Origin: an uncultured Gammaproteobacteria bacterium
GTDB lineage: Bacteria; Pseudomonadota; Gammaproteobacteria; CAWCPV01
DNA: 64,000 bases
Reading direction: 5' to 3'
Assembly (NCBI GenBank): GCA_963797555.1
Contig: CAWCPV010000016.1
Span: forward strand, 32,001-96,000
Shown here: in pieces, positions 9,283-20,479 of the stretch
Layout: each line of letters begins with the position of its first letter
How positions within the stretch are numbered: the stretch's first letter is position 1
The notes under the pieces: model-generated
The model's database searches: none
What the model was told of the DNA's origin: nothing
Seen by the model: the letters and a program-made list of their open reading frames with translations, nothing else
Position numbers and translations under genes: made by a program

Positions 9283-9490
9283 TCAGCTCGTCGCGCCCCC
9301 ATCTCTTCTCTCGGCGAGGACCGCATGCAGATCGGCCTGCCGCTCCGCGCCGGACTCGAGGACCAAGTCGGCGGCGTCCGCGTTGCTCACGATGGCGCCC
9401 GTGGTTGGTTGATCTCGTGGGCCATCGAGGCGGTGAGCTCGCCGGCCATGGCGAGGCGCGACGCGCGCAGCAGCTCGAAGCGGGTGCCGA
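9283..9490 (-). pseudogene. Sensor histidine kinase H-box fragment
   Basis: RLAMAGELTASMAHEINQP, then after a frameshift GAIVSNADAA; truncated at both ends. Confidence 0.7.
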
Positions 9491-10127
9491 TAACTCGCCC
9501 GCTTACAGGCGTAATGGGCAAAAAGTCCTGGGCGCGATGTCCGTCTTCCGGCGTTGGCGATTGCAGCAATCGGGATGCAGATGACCATCCAGAGACCGAC
9601 TCTGGCACCTCGGATCGCGGCAGGGTCGGGCCAGGGGACCATTATGTCCTCCTCGCTCGATCTTGGCGCCGCGCTGCTTCACGGGACGCTTGACGCCCCG
9701 CTCCGAGGCCGTGTCTTGGTCGGCAACGAGGCCGGACATTTCGGCCGACCGGTCATCCAGCAGGCACTTATGAGAGGGATGCCCTGCCCCAATTTTGGGG
9801 TTCACTAATCAAGTGCGCCTTTGCCCACCTGCACCAGGCCTCCCGAAACTGGCCGGGATTGACCGGTTTGTTCCCCAGAGCTACGCTGCAAGTATATCCG
9901 AGGCGGTCAGAGTTTCGATTTTTGGGCGGCTTCATGGGGGGGCGGGCGCTCGTGTCCAAGGCCGAAGCAGGGGATTTCCGCCATACCGCCCGAGACGGAG
10001 ACTACCCGAGAATAGTGCTCTCCATCCCAAACAATCTGCTCAACACGCTGATCCAGGCAATCTCGCCGAAGGGCATATCTGAGGTGGTCCGACCCCCATG
10101 TGAGGGCTGAGACCGGGAGGCCGTGTG

Positions 10128-11208
10128 ATGATCAGCTTGAAGAAGGCAGCACTGCTCGCCGGCACTTTTCTAGTGAGTGCAAGCTCCTTGGCGCAGCAGC
10201 CTTCCGCGGTCCCGCCCCCAACGCCTGGCCCGACGGAGCAGGTCGAGGCGACTCCTCCTCAGCCAAAGCCGGAGATGGAGCGGCCGACGGTCTGGGGCGA
10301 GCCGACGGAAGTGCACATCGTGATGTACGTCATCGACGTGGACGAAGTGGATTCTGCCAGTCAGAGGTTTTCCGCGAGCGTATACTACCAGGCGACGTGG
10401 AGCATCCCGTCCCTGGTTCACCAGGGTCCGGGACCGGTGGTGCGCGGTCTGACCGAAGTCTGGAATCCGCGGCTCGCTATCGTCAATCAGCAACAGGGAT
10501 GGAACGCCTACCCGGGCTTTGTCGAGATCTCCCCCAACGGCCACGTCGTGTATCGCCAGAAGGTCTGGGGTTGGTTCTCTCAGCCGCTGGACCTGCGTGA
10601 TTTTCCCATGGACCGCCAGACCCTGACAGTGCACCTCGCAGCAGCCGGCATGCTCGAGAAAGATGTCAAGATGATTTCCTTCGAAGGTGCGTATGGCAGG
10701 AAATCCGGCATCGCCAAACAATTCTCCATTCCCGACTTCGACGTTCCTGTCCTGGCGGGCGGGACCGATGCCCTACGTTGCCTACGAGGGAGCGCCGGGT
10801 ACGGCGGGGTACCAGCTTCAGATCGAGGTCCGGCGGAAGGTAGCCTACTATGTGATGAAGATCATCCTTCCGCTCTGCCTCATCGTCCTCATGTCTTGTG
10901 CGCCGCGCTGGATCGACCCGAAGCAGATCGGCACCAATGTCGGCATCTCGACCACGGCGTTCCTGACGCTCGTGGCCTATCTGTTCGCGATCAACGTTCT
11001 GCTGCCGCGGGTGTCGTACGTGACGCGCATGGACCGGTTCATCCTGCTTTCCATGTGCATGGTGTTCGCCGGCTTGCTGCAGACGGTCGCGAACACGGCA
11101 CTGGTCAGGAACGGGAAAACGGCAAAGGCTGTACGCATGGACTGGTGGTCCCGGGGCCTCTATCCGGCAGCGCTCGTCGGTATCCTGGCGGTGTCATTTT
11201 GGTTGTAG
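10128..11208 (+). CDS. Pentameric ligand-gated ion channel (GLIC/ELIC-like), frameshift near 10744
   Basis: Signal peptide; [15 protein letters not shown] loop; R...YY.MKIILP M1, M2, LPRVSY.T.MD, M4. Spread over ORFs 10125-11228 and 10687-11208. Confidence 0.85.
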
Positions 11209-11217
11209 CGCGGCGGA

Positions 11218-13170
11218 CCCGACTTTGACAGGAGCTACGCACATGGGTGCTGCAACACGAGGCGCGACAAGGGTTTGCCGCATTGCAGCAAAAGAGGCGT
11301 GTATCTAGGTCCTCAGCGCAGATCGAGGACCGGTGGGGGATTCTTGATTCCGAGTGCTTTCAGGCGCTTAGCGGCTGCCGGAGTCGGTTCGGTGACCTGC
11401 CAGACGGTGCCATTGGGGCTCAACAATTGTGCGAGCTTGATGTGCTTGAGGTCATCGCGGAGGTTGCGCCAGGTGTCGGCGCAGGCGTGCTCGGCCACCC
11501 GCTCGAGCAGCAGGGCCAAGACGCTCAGGGCCACGTGGGCATGGATGCGGTGCACCGCCCAGTGGTAGACGGGCCGAAGCTTCAGCCCGCTCTTCAAGGT
11601 GCGCCACGCCTCCTCCACCCGCGCGAGCTGCTTGTAGCCGAGCGCCAGGTCTTCGGGGGAGAGCGTGTCGTCGTTGCTGGTGACCACGAACTTGCCATCC
11701 AAGCGCGCCTCGGCCTTGATCTTGGCGGGGTCGAGCAGGGGATGGCCGGTGGCGCTACGCTTCAAGTAGCGACCGAAGCGCCCACTGTTGAGCAACGCAC
11801 AGGCCCGCTTGCTCTGGCCCTCGCCTGGACTCTCGCGCAGGCTCGCGAGCTCTGCCTCCAGTTCCGTCAAGAGCTCGGCGCGGTGCGCTCGGCTGCGCTC
11901 GGCCTCCTGCGGGTTGTGGCAGACGATGTAGCGTCGGCGCTGCTCGCCGACCACGACCTCCTTCACCCGCAGGTTCTGCGCGACCGGATGGTAGCGCCCG
12001 GGACGGGCGAGCACCTCGCGGGTGACCTCATCGCCGCGGCGCATGGGCACGCACACGATGTACTTGCCCCCACCGCGGGCGAGCGCTTGGAGGTTGGCCT
12101 GCGAGACCATCCCGGCATCGCCCACGAACAGACAGCGCGAGAGCTGCCAGCCCTTGAGATCGCGCTTCACCTGCTCGACGGTGCGGACATCCACCGTGTT
12201 GCCGGGGAACACCCAGTGGCGCACCGGGAAGCCGTCGCGGGTGACCGCGAGCCCGACCACGATTCTCGCGCGCATCGCCGCGCCCGTTCTTGCTGTTGCC
12301 GCGCTTCCTCGGCGCCGCGTACGGCTTGGCCCCTCTGCCGCCGCGGATCCTCGCACAACATCGTCCGGCCCCACCCCTCGGTCCTCCTCATCGACCTCGA
12401 AGTGCAGGCTGGTCGTGTCGTAGAAGACGAGATCGACATCGAGGTTCAAGAGGTCCGCCAAGCGGAAGTAGATGGCCCGCTCGATGGTCGCCTTCTCGGC
12501 TTCCAGGAAGTCCATCGCCCGGTACAGATGCTGCAACTCCAGTCGCTCGGTCTGTCCGATGCGCACCTCCTCGGCTAGCCACTGGCTGAAGCAGTAGAGC
12601 TTGGAGGCCGGAGCACAGGCGCGGTTCGCCACCATCGCGAACAGCGCCCGCTCCACCGAGAAGTCGAAACGGCGTCCTCCGACGACCTCCTCGATCACTT
12701 CGGCGATCCCAAGGCGTGCCCACAGCGCCTCCAGCACGTAGACCTCCCCGTAAGGCCAGGCGTTGACCACCTGCCAGCCCGGGTGCTCGGCCACGATGTC
12801 CTCGGGCGCGGCACGGCGCAGGATGCTCCGAGCGAGCCGGCGCAGCCGCTCGGTGACCTCGGGGGCTTCGGCACGCCCACAGTTATAGACGATGCGCGTC
12901 TCGGAGCGGCCCTTGTCCGGGTTCCAGACGCTCTCGGCGAGCTGCAGGTGGGTGATCACCGAGCCGTCGGCGCGCTTCTGGTGGGTCTCGCGCAAGTACA
13001 TGTGCGCAACTATACATGCATCACTAAGTACACATCAATGACAAGCTAACATTCCATGTATCTATGCATTTGGCGGCATGCGAGCGCCCGCTCACCGCTA
13101 ACCCGTTGATCCGCGGAACCCCGAACTCAACGTCCACCCCATCGATGTATTGGTAACTGTCAAAGTCGGG
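11218..13170 (-). mobile_element. Complete IS1634-family element
   Basis: Perfect 14-bp terminal inverted repeats CCCGACTTTGACAG (11218-11231) and CTGTCAAAGTCGGG (13157-13170); GCGGA direct repeat at 11213-11217 and 13171-13175. Confidence 0.92.
11313..13001 (-). CDS. IS1634-family DDE transposase (short compensated frameshift at about 12260-12330)
   Basis: VFYDTTSL.FE, FPGNT.D, VGDAGM, YK.L..VE.AWR.LKS.L.LRPVYH motifs. Confidence 0.9.
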   Translation of the reverse strand: MYLRETHQKRADGSVITHLQLAESVWNPDKGRSETRIVYNCGRAEAPEVTERLRRLARSILRRAAPEDIVAEHPGWQVVNAWPYGEVYVLEALWARLGIAEVIEEVVGGRRFDFSVERALFAMVANRACAPASKLYCFSQWLAEEVRIGQTERLELQHLYRAMDFLEAEKATIERAIYFRLADLLNLDVDLVFYDTTSLHFEVDEEDRGVGPDDVVRGSAAAEGPSRTRRRGSAATARTGAAMRARIVVGLAVTRDGFPVRHWVFPGNTVDVRTVEQVKRDLKGWQLSRCLFVGDAGMVSQANLQALARGGGKYIVCVPMRRGDEVTREVLARPGRYHPVAQNLRVKEVVVGEQRRRYIVCHNPQEAERSRAHRAELLTELEAELASLRESPGEGQSKRACALLNSGRFGRYLKRSATGHPLLDPAKIKAEARLDGKFVVTSNDDTLSPEDLALGYKQLARVEEAWRTLKSGLKLRPVYHWAVHRIHAHVALSVLALLLERVAEHACADTWRNLRDDLKHIKLAQLLSPNGTVWQVTEPTPAAAKRLKALGIKNPPPVLDLR

Positions 13171-13426
13171 GCGGACTGACCGGTCATATTGGTGTCGGGA
13201 GCAGCGACGGCCTGACTCGCCTCTGCCCAGCCCCGGCAACTCTGGTATCGCGGGCGAAGGAGCAGGATGGCCCCGTTCTCGACCCGCTGTCGGGCACGCT
13301 CTCCAGCCCGTTGCGGGCGAGAGCGGCTTGGGCGTAATTACCCTCGGGGCCCAGCGGGACGGTTTGAGGCCAAGGCGGGTAGCAGGCTTTGGCCTCATCC
13401 GATGTGTTTTCGTAGAGCAAGACGAG

Positions 13427-13794
13427 TCATTCTAATAGACCCCGGACGGTTTCGATGAATCGGGCAGCCTCCGTCAGCGCCCGCTGCACATCGGCTGTGG
13501 GAACCGGCTCCAAGGTGTAATCGGCGACCAAGCGCAGGCTTTCCAGACGGGACAGCACAGCGCCGCTGACCGCATCCAGAGGACCGTCCTTCACGAACAG
13601 GCGTGAAAACTCGGCGATCAGACCATGATGGGTTTTCGGCCGCGGCGAACCGCTCCTCTCGAGCAGTGCCTAGGCGGCGTAATAGACCGAGTGTTAGACC
13701 CGGTCGGCGGCAGTCTCGGTGTCCCGGTCTGCGCGGCGCGGGTCGCCGCTGCCAGCGCGCGTTGCGCTTTTGCCATGAGCGGCTCGGACCTCAC
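13427..13794 (-). pseudogene. HEPN-domain toxin pseudogene
   Basis: KAQRAL..A, YYAA, KTH.GLI..F..LFVK.G, R..ADY motifs interrupted by in-frame stops and a frameshift; GTG overlaps the MNT stop. Confidence 0.75.
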
Positions 13795-14139
13795 ACCTTC
13801 ACCCCCTCCGCCTCGACCGCATCCAGTAAATGCGCCGCACGGGAGCGGTCAGGATGCTCCGGTGTACCGAGGAATACCCACGGTTGAATAAGCGGTTCAT
13901 GGCTGAAAGACCGCGTAGCTGTCTTCTGCAATATCCATCTGTGCGGCCACTGGGTCATCGACCGCTTCCAGGAACACCACCACGTCGGCATCGCTGTCCG
14001 GGCGATGGTCACCCCTTGCGCGGGAGCCGAACAGCACCAGCCCGCGCAACTTCCCGCCAAACCGGTTCAGGATCCGGGCGCGGAAAGCTTCCAAGGCGGT
14101 TCGTGTGTCATGGTCGAGAGATAAGCTGTCTTGGATCAT
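13791..14139 (-). pseudogene. Minimal nucleotidyltransferase (MNT) antitoxin, frameshifted
   Basis: LFGSRARGD...DSDADV motif; directly upstream of HEPN. Confidence 0.8.
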
Positions 14140-14659
14140 AGCGTTCCGTTAGCGATGCTCAGGATTATGGGCGGGTTGTGCTGGCGGTTCAAGGATGCGG
14201 CCTTCGGCCTGCATCCGGGCTACCCCTGCTGAACGATGTGCCGCGATACAGCGGCGGTGCATGTCGCATTTCGGTGACGGTCCCCGTGATTGGAGTGGCG
14301 AGTTGGTGCATGAAGGAGCTTATCAAGTGTCCTCCGGAGTTCGAGTTCGGCCTCCTGTCCAAAACCCACCTGCCTGTGACCGCTGCCGAAGGCCAAGGAG
14401 TTGCTCGACAGGTTCGCGCTCACCACCTAGTCCGCCTCCGATTCTCCGGGACGAGCAGATTTCACTGGTACGGTGGCTGGCATCCCCATCTTCGACGCGG
14501 AGAAGATCAAGAGCACCATACGGGTCTAGGGGTAAGGCGCAAGACGGCCGTGTGGACCGGGAAGGGGTCCACGGGCCAGCGAAGCTGGCGCGGTTGTTCT
14601 TTGTCGGCCTGATCGTTATGGGCATCGTCGGGCTGGAGGCGGCCTCGTAGGAGCGGTCC

Positions 14660-15102
14660 GTGTACACCATCGTCATCGGTCTGCTGACCACAGGGGCGTG
14701 TGTCGCGGTTCAGTCCGCCGCGGCCGTGATGGTCGTGGAGGCCCTTCACGGGCTGGAGCGACACGGGGTCACGGTGCGCAACTTCTGGGTCGGAGTCCTG
14801 GTGTTGGAAGTGACGGTGCTCATCCTCGCCGGTTCGTTCCTGGTGCAGATCGGTTTGTGGGCATGGTGTTCTGGGCGTGGGGTGAGTTCCACGACTACGC
14901 CACGGCCTTCTATCACTCGGCGGTCAACTACACGACTCTCGGGTACGGCGACATCGTGATGTCGAAGCCATGGCGACTCCTCGGACCGCTGGAGGCGGCG
15001 AATGGCGTGCTGATGGGCGGGTTGGCGGCGGCCGTACTGTTCGCGGTGTTGTCCCACCTGATGCAAGCAGCTCGGACGCGGCGACAAAGCCGCTCGCGAT
15101 GA
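14660..15102 (+). CDS. Small K+ channel-family protein (Ion_trans_2), frameshift near 14870
   Basis: AFYHS.VNYTTLGYGD selectivity filter, WRLLGPLEAANG; N-terminal TM helices in ORF 14660-14959. Confidence 0.85.
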
Positions 15103-15260
15103 GACGCTTCCACGCTGTCCGCGGGGGATGCCGCGGGGGCGCCCGGTCGCTCTCTCTGCCCGTCGAATGCAGCCTGTTTGAGTCCGGGCGCTCCCGATCG
15201 ATCTGGTGGATGTCCCCGGATTCCGAAATAATCCACTGAGGCGAATGTTGGAGCGGCGGG

Positions 15261-17648
15261 ATGGTACCGAAGATGAAGCCATGGATGCCTCGGTCGAGAA
15301 ACGTCCGCGGAATGCTCGGGATTTCCGCATCTCTTGCTGCGCAAAACGCGGCTCTCTTGATGGTTCTCGTTCTGGCGCTGTGGTCGCCGCTCCCTGCCGG
15401 GGCAGCATCGGCGCCCGGATTCGTGGGAAGCGCGCGGTGCGGCCAGTGCCACCAGGCGGAGTTCAAGTCCTGGCAGGGATCCGATCACGAGCACGCCATG
15501 ACCGAGGCGAGCCCGAAAACGGTGCTCGGCGACTTCGACGACGCCGAGTTCAGCGCCCACGGCGTCACTTCCCGCTTTTACAAGAAGGACGGCCAGTTCT
15601 TCGTCCGCACCGACGGGCCGGACGGCAAGCTGCACGACTACCCGATCCGCTACACCTTTGGCTGGTATCCGTTGCAGCAGTACCTCATCAAGTTCCCGCG
15701 CGGTCGCTTGCAGAGCCTGGGGATTGCCTGGGACAGCCGACCGAAGGAGGCCGGCGGGCAGCGCTGGTTTCACCTGTACCCGGCCGAGGACCTCAAGCCC
15801 GGCGATCCGCTGCACTGGACCGGCCGCGACCAGACATGGAACTACCAGTGCGCCGAGTGTCATTCCACCCATCTGAAGAAGAACTACGATCTCGCCACCG
15901 ACAGCTACCAGACCACCTGGGCCGAGATCGACGTCGCCTGCGAGGCCTGTCATGGCCCCGGCTCCGAGCACGTGGCGCACGCGGAGGCGGCGCGTCGGGG
16001 CGAGCTGCCGAGCACCGCCGCTCGTGAGGGCCTGGTGGTGGACCTTGCCGACCGGGACGGCGCGACTTGGGTCACCGACGAGACCCGCGGCAAGCCGCAC
16101 CGCACCAAGCCCCGGAAGTCCCACACCCAGATCGATCTCTGCGCCCGCTGCCACTCCCGCCGCGGCCAGATCTGGGACGACTATCAGTACGGCAAGCCCC
16201 TGCACCAGACCCATCGGCTGGCTCTGCTGGAGGACCAACTGTATTTCCCGGACGGGCAGATCAAGGACGAGGTCTATGTGTACGGCTCCTTTCTCCAGAG
16301 CCGCATGTACCGGGCAGGCGTGACCTGCAGCGACTGCCACGATCCCCACAGCCTGAAGCGGCGGGCCCAGGGCAACGCGCTGTGCGTGCGCTGCCACCAA
16401 CCCGCTCGCTACGACTCGACGGCCCATCATCACCATCCCAAAGACTCGCCGGGGGCCGCCTGCACCGCCTGTCACATGCCGAAGCGCACGTACATGGTGG
16501 TGGACCAGCGGGCCGACCACAGCCTACGGGTGCCGCGCCCCGATCTCAGCCTCGCCCTGGGGGTGCCGAACGCCTGCAACGGCTGCCACACCGACCGGTC
16601 GGTGCAATGGGCAGCGGATACCGTGAACCGGTGGTATCCGGACAGCACCCACCGCGGCCCGCACTTCGGTCAGGCGCTGCACGCCGCGCAGATCGGGGCA
16701 CCGGACGCGGGGGCGCGCCTGCTGGCCCTGGCCGGAGATCCCGCCCAGCCGGCGATCGCCCGCGCGACTGCGCTCGAACGGCTGAGAGACGAGGCTCGGC
16801 CCGAGCAATTGTTTACGGTGCGGCGGCTGCTGGCGGACGAGGATGCGTTGGTGCGTGCCGCCGCGGTGCGCTATCTGGAGGCCACGGATCTCCGCACCCG
16901 GGTGGATCTGGGGTGGCCGCTGCTCAACGACCCGGCCCGCACCGTGCGCCTGGAGGCGGCCCGGGTGCTGGCGCCGCTGATGCGCCAGGACCTACCCGAC
17001 GCGTATCGGGACAAGCTCTCGCAGGCTTTGGAGGAGTATGCGGCCGCCCAGGCGGTGACGGCGGAGCGCCCCGAGTCTCACGTCAACCTGGGCCTGATAG
17101 CCTTGGCGCGGGGGGCTCCGGACCAGGCAGAAACCGAGTACCGGACAGCGTTGCGGCTCGACCCGTCCTTTGCCCCAGCTTACGTCAATCTGGCCGACCT
17201 GGACCGGCAGACGGGCCGGGACCAGGAAGGCGAGGCGATCCTGCGTGCTGGCATCGAAAAAATTGCCGGGGCCGCCGATCTGCACTATTCCCTCGGGCTT
17301 CTTCTGGTGCGCGCCAAACGGCGCGAGGAGGCGGCTCGGGAACTCGAGCGTGCGTGGCGGCAGGCTCCCGCGAATGCCCGTTACGGCTACGTCTACGGGC
17401 TTGCGCTGCAGAGCCTGGGTCGGCAGGCGGAGGCGTTGGCGGTGCTGCAGCAGACATTGGAGCGGGACCCCGGCAACCGCGAGGTGCTGGTCGCGCTGGC
17501 GACCCTGTCGCGGGACGCCGGTGATCTGAAGGCCGCGCGCGGCTACGCGGCCCGGCTGGCGGAAAGGTATCCCGACGATCCCGATGCTCAGGCCCTGTTG
17601 CAGACCTTGAAAGGTGCCGATACGGGCGGCAAAACCCAGTCCCACTAG
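15261..17648 (+). CDS. Octaheme cytochrome c with C-terminal HEAT/TPR repeats
   Basis: Eight CxxCH motifs (CGQCH, CAECH, CEACH, CARCH, CSDCH, CVRCH, CTACH, CNGCH), signal peptide, TPR consensus; start uncertain. Confidence 0.9.
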   Translation: MVPKMKPWMPRSRNVRGMLGISASLAAQNAALLMVLVLALWSPLPAGAASAPGFVGSARCGQCHQAEFKSWQGSDHEHAMTEASPKTVLGDFDDAEFSAHGVTSRFYKKDGQFFVRTDGPDGKLHDYPIRYTFGWYPLQQYLIKFPRGRLQSLGIAWDSRPKEAGGQRWFHLYPAEDLKPGDPLHWTGRDQTWNYQCAECHSTHLKKNYDLATDSYQTTWAEIDVACEACHGPGSEHVAHAEAARRGELPSTAAREGLVVDLADRDGATWVTDETRGKPHRTKPRKSHTQIDLCARCHSRRGQIWDDYQYGKPLHQTHRLALLEDQLYFPDGQIKDEVYVYGSFLQSRMYRAGVTCSDCHDPHSLKRRAQGNALCVRCHQPARYDSTAHHHHPKDSPGAACTACHMPKRTYMVVDQRADHSLRVPRPDLSLALGVPNACNGCHTDRSVQWAADTVNRWYPDSTHRGPHFGQALHAAQIGAPDAGARLLALAGDPAQPAIARATALERLRDEARPEQLFTVRRLLADEDALVRAAAVRYLEATDLRTRVDLGWPLLNDPARTVRLEAARVLAPLMRQDLPDAYRDKLSQALEEYAAAQAVTAERPESHVNLGLIALARGAPDQAETEYRTALRLDPSFAPAYVNLADLDRQTGRDQEGEAILRAGIEKIAGAADLHYSLGLLLVRAKRREEAARELERAWRQAPANARYGYVYGLALQSLGRQAEALAVLQQTLERDPGNREVLVALATLSRDAGDLKAARGYAARLAERYPDDPDAQALLQTLKGADTGGKTQSH

Positions 17649-17771
17649 CGTCGGCGAGGACGAAAACGGCAGCAACGCGCGGTCAGGAAGGGATTGCCAG
17701 CAGTGAGCATGGCAGACGCAGCGCCGACATGGAAAGCTGCCTTTTCAACAACTTCATAAAGGTGCATCGAG

Positions 17772-18569
17772 ATGACCAGCGGCAGGCTATTCGACGTGAT
17801 TCCTTTCTGGGCGATCGGGGTGGGAACGGTACTGCTTGTTTCGTGCTCCATGCTAGTGGGAGTTGTCATCGCCCGGAGGCGGCAGCGGCGCTTTGAAGAC
17901 GGTGAAGATACGCCTGTCGGTACGGTGGTGGGTGCGACATTGGGTCTGCTGGCGTTCATTCTGGCGTTTACCTTCGGGATGACCGCATCACGCTTCGATA
18001 CTCGAAAAGAGGCGCTCTTCGACGAGGTCAACGCGATCGAGACCACATTCCTACCGACCGGCCTGATTCCGGAACCCCACCGCAGCGAGGTTCGTGCACT
18101 GCTGTGACGCTACGTCGACATTCGGGTCGATCTGGCTCGAAACCCCGCAAAGACCGAGCAGGCCGTCAGGGAATCGGAAGCAATCCACGGGCAACTGTGG
18201 CCGCACGCCACGGTCCTCGCGGACCTCGATCTCAAGAATGCCGTCATCGTGGCGCTCTTCATCCAATCGCTCAACGAGATGTTCGATCTCCAGACGAAGC
18301 GCGTCACGGTCGGGCTTTATCACCGCGTACCGACGGTCATCTGGCTCGCGCTTCTCGGTATTACGATTCTGGCGATGGTGCAAGTGGGATATTTGGTGGG
18401 GCGTTCGACCAAGGCCAACTGGCTTTCGGTTGTTACGCTCTCGCTCGCGTTCTCATCCGTCGTGGTGCTTATCGCGGACCTCGATCTCTCGGGAGCCGGT
18501 GCCACCGGCGCGATCAGGCTTAACCAACAACCGGTCATGGATCTCCAAAAACGCACGCGCGACGAATGA
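17772..18569 (+). pseudogene. DUF4239/bestrophin-like membrane protein with an in-frame TGA at 18105
   Basis: LGLLAFILAFTF....RF..R....E.NAI.T, then the same frame continues to LIADLD after a single stop. Confidence 0.8.
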
Positions 18570-18699
18570 ACTGGTTGGGCTGATGAGCAAGCTAGCGCAC
18601 GCGCCGGGCTCGACAACAGATGCCCCGCGTCGCCGCCCAGCCGTCCCCAAGAGGACGCCGGGACGCCTTCGAGCGCCCAAACCCGCCCTCCCCGTCTGT

Positions 18700-18865
18700 C
18701 CCAATGCGCGGAGACGCGTACGTCAAGTCGATCAGCGATGGCCGCTACACCGTGGTTTCTCCGATGGGTCAAGGATCGAAGTTCGACACCGGCCCTTCCG
18801 TCGGGCTTCTGATCGAAGGCGTGGACGTGGCGGTAATCAGCGGGACCATGCAACCCTTCGACGCC
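18700..18865 (+). pseudogene. Possible MlrC/M81 peptidase C-terminal fragment
   Basis: VKSISDGRY....PM..G....GP...L...GVDV.V.S...QPFD resembles the MlrC C-terminal domain. Confidence 0.45.
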
Positions 18866-19076
18866 GGAGCGCTTGGACCTCTTTGCGCAGCGGCTGCAGC
18901 GCCTTCTTCTGTTCCGCGAGCTGCGCCTCCTGGGCATCGAGGCGTCGCTGCTGTTCTTCGATAATGCGGAGCAGGCGCTGCGACTTGCTCGTCTCCTGCG
19001 CGACGCCCGGCGGCGCCACCATGCTCTGTGCCACAAGAAGCAGCAGAGCGGCAATGGCAGACGGGCGCATGCTCAC
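18837..19076 (-). pseudogene. Truncated exported protein (signal peptide plus coiled coil, porin N-terminus-like)
   Basis: GGAGGAG RBS, signal peptide, EEQQRRLDAQEAQL coiled coil, abrupt end. Confidence 0.5.
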
Positions 19077-19132
19077 GCTCCTCCGTCAATGGTTCGGGAC
19101 TTCCGCGCCGGCAGGGTTCTTCCAGCCCTTGG

Positions 19133-19771
19133 CTATCGGTGCATGTCGATGGCGCCGAAAACACCCGTAATCAGCATTTGCACGCCGATCACCGCTAGGA
19201 TCAGGCCCATGATGCGCGTGGTCACGTTCAAGCCGGCCTGCCCGAGAAAGGACGTCAGACGTTCGCCGGACACGAAAAATCCGTAGGTGATCAAACAGAG
19301 GACTCCGAACCCCACGATGGTAACGACCATGTCGCCAATGCTGCCGGCAGACGCAAAGTTCATGGCCGTCGCGATGGTACCCGGCCCGGCGAGAATTGGC
19401 ATCGCGAGCGGCGTCACGGCAATGCCCAGCGCGGCCTCCAGGCTGGCCTTTTGGTCCGCGGGGGTTGGCTGGTGCACCGCCGATTGGTCACCGTGCAGCA
19501 TCTGGTAACCGATCAGGGCCACCAGGACGCCGCCCATGACTCGAAACGCCGGCAAGGTAATCCCGAAAAGGCTGAAGATCACTTTACCCAACAGCGTGAA
19601 GGTGACAATCAGGAGGAAGGCGAGCAGCACGGCCTTCGCCGCTACCTGCTTCTTGACGTGCGCCGGGTCCTCGGCGGTCAACCCGAGGAAGATCGGCGTG
19701 TTGGCGATGGGATTCATGATGGCGAAGAATCCCATGAACACCGACAGGGCGTGTCCGATTGCTTCTTTCAT
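19133..19771 (-). CDS. MarC family inner-membrane protein
   Basis: FFAIMNP, FGI.LPAF.V.GG, PLAMP.LAGPG, RIMGLILA motifs. Confidence 0.92.
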   Translation of the reverse strand: MKEAIGHALSVFMGFFAIMNPIANTPIFLGLTAEDPAHVKKQVAAKAVLLAFLLIVTFTLLGKVIFSLFGITLPAFRVMGGVLVALIGYQMLHGDQSAVHQPTPADQKASLEAALGIAVTPLAMPILAGPGTIATAMNFASAGSIGDMVVTIVGFGVLCLITYGFFVSGERLTSFLGQAGLNVTTRIMGLILAVIGVQMLITGVFGAIDMHR

Positions 19772-20479
19772 AAATGGCCCTCATCGAAAGGAGATTGGCG
19801 TCAACGACTAGGATCCCGAATTCCGTCCCAGACCCCGCCGAGTCCAAGCAACCAACGGCTGGTGACCCCCACCGCTCCGGAAGACAAGGGGCTCTCGCAG
19901 CCGAAAGGGCACTGGTCGAGTCTAGCGAACTGGTGTCTCTCCCTCGGACATCGCCGCAATGGGAGATTGCATTCTTAGCGTTCACCCAGCTCATCTAAGG
20001 CCGTGTCTTGCACTTTACGACTTTCCGGCGCCATCGTGCAGTACCGCGAGAGCCGTGACCGAAACCGGCAAAGGGCGCCGCGGAGCTTCGAGTCGTGACG
20101 CTTCTTGCGGGGCGTTGTGGCCTATGTCATCGTCACCCGCGATTACGACATTTGGACTGTGTGGACCGATCTCTTTGCCGGGATCCGGCGGGGACCTTCC
20201 CAACCGACCTGTGGTCGACTTCCTCAACTGCATGCGGACCGCCCAGATTTCCGTGGAGGCCAGGTTGAGTGATACTTGGCCTGTTCCTTACGGAGCCCCC
20301 GACGATGGGCCGGAGATTCGGCATTGCTTGGTGGGGAGCCGCTGGCGCCGCTCCGGCGATGGGGCAGGTTCTCGGAGCAACCCTCTACCAGCCGGCTCAG
20401 GGTTACTCGAAGTGTTCATAGCCAGACTTCTGTGCGGGCCTCCGGTATGACCATGTATGGTCTCTATATACGAGACGTT

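Noticed and set aside
13427-14139. Active MNT-HEPN toxin-antitoxin or defence system
   Set aside because: Multiple in-frame stops and frameshifts; it is a decayed copy of a well-known family.
14560-14650. SMR/SugE C-terminal fragment (ARLFFVGLIVMGIVGL)
   Set aside because: Too short to support as a feature.
18105-18107. In-frame TGA as possible selenocysteine or readthrough
   Set aside because: The context LL*RY fits a CGA-to-TGA nonsense change; it is not a Cys-type position and I saw no convincing SECIS.
19775-19995. Riboswitch upstream of marC
   Set aside because: I recognised no aptamer consensus; an Rfam scan would be needed.
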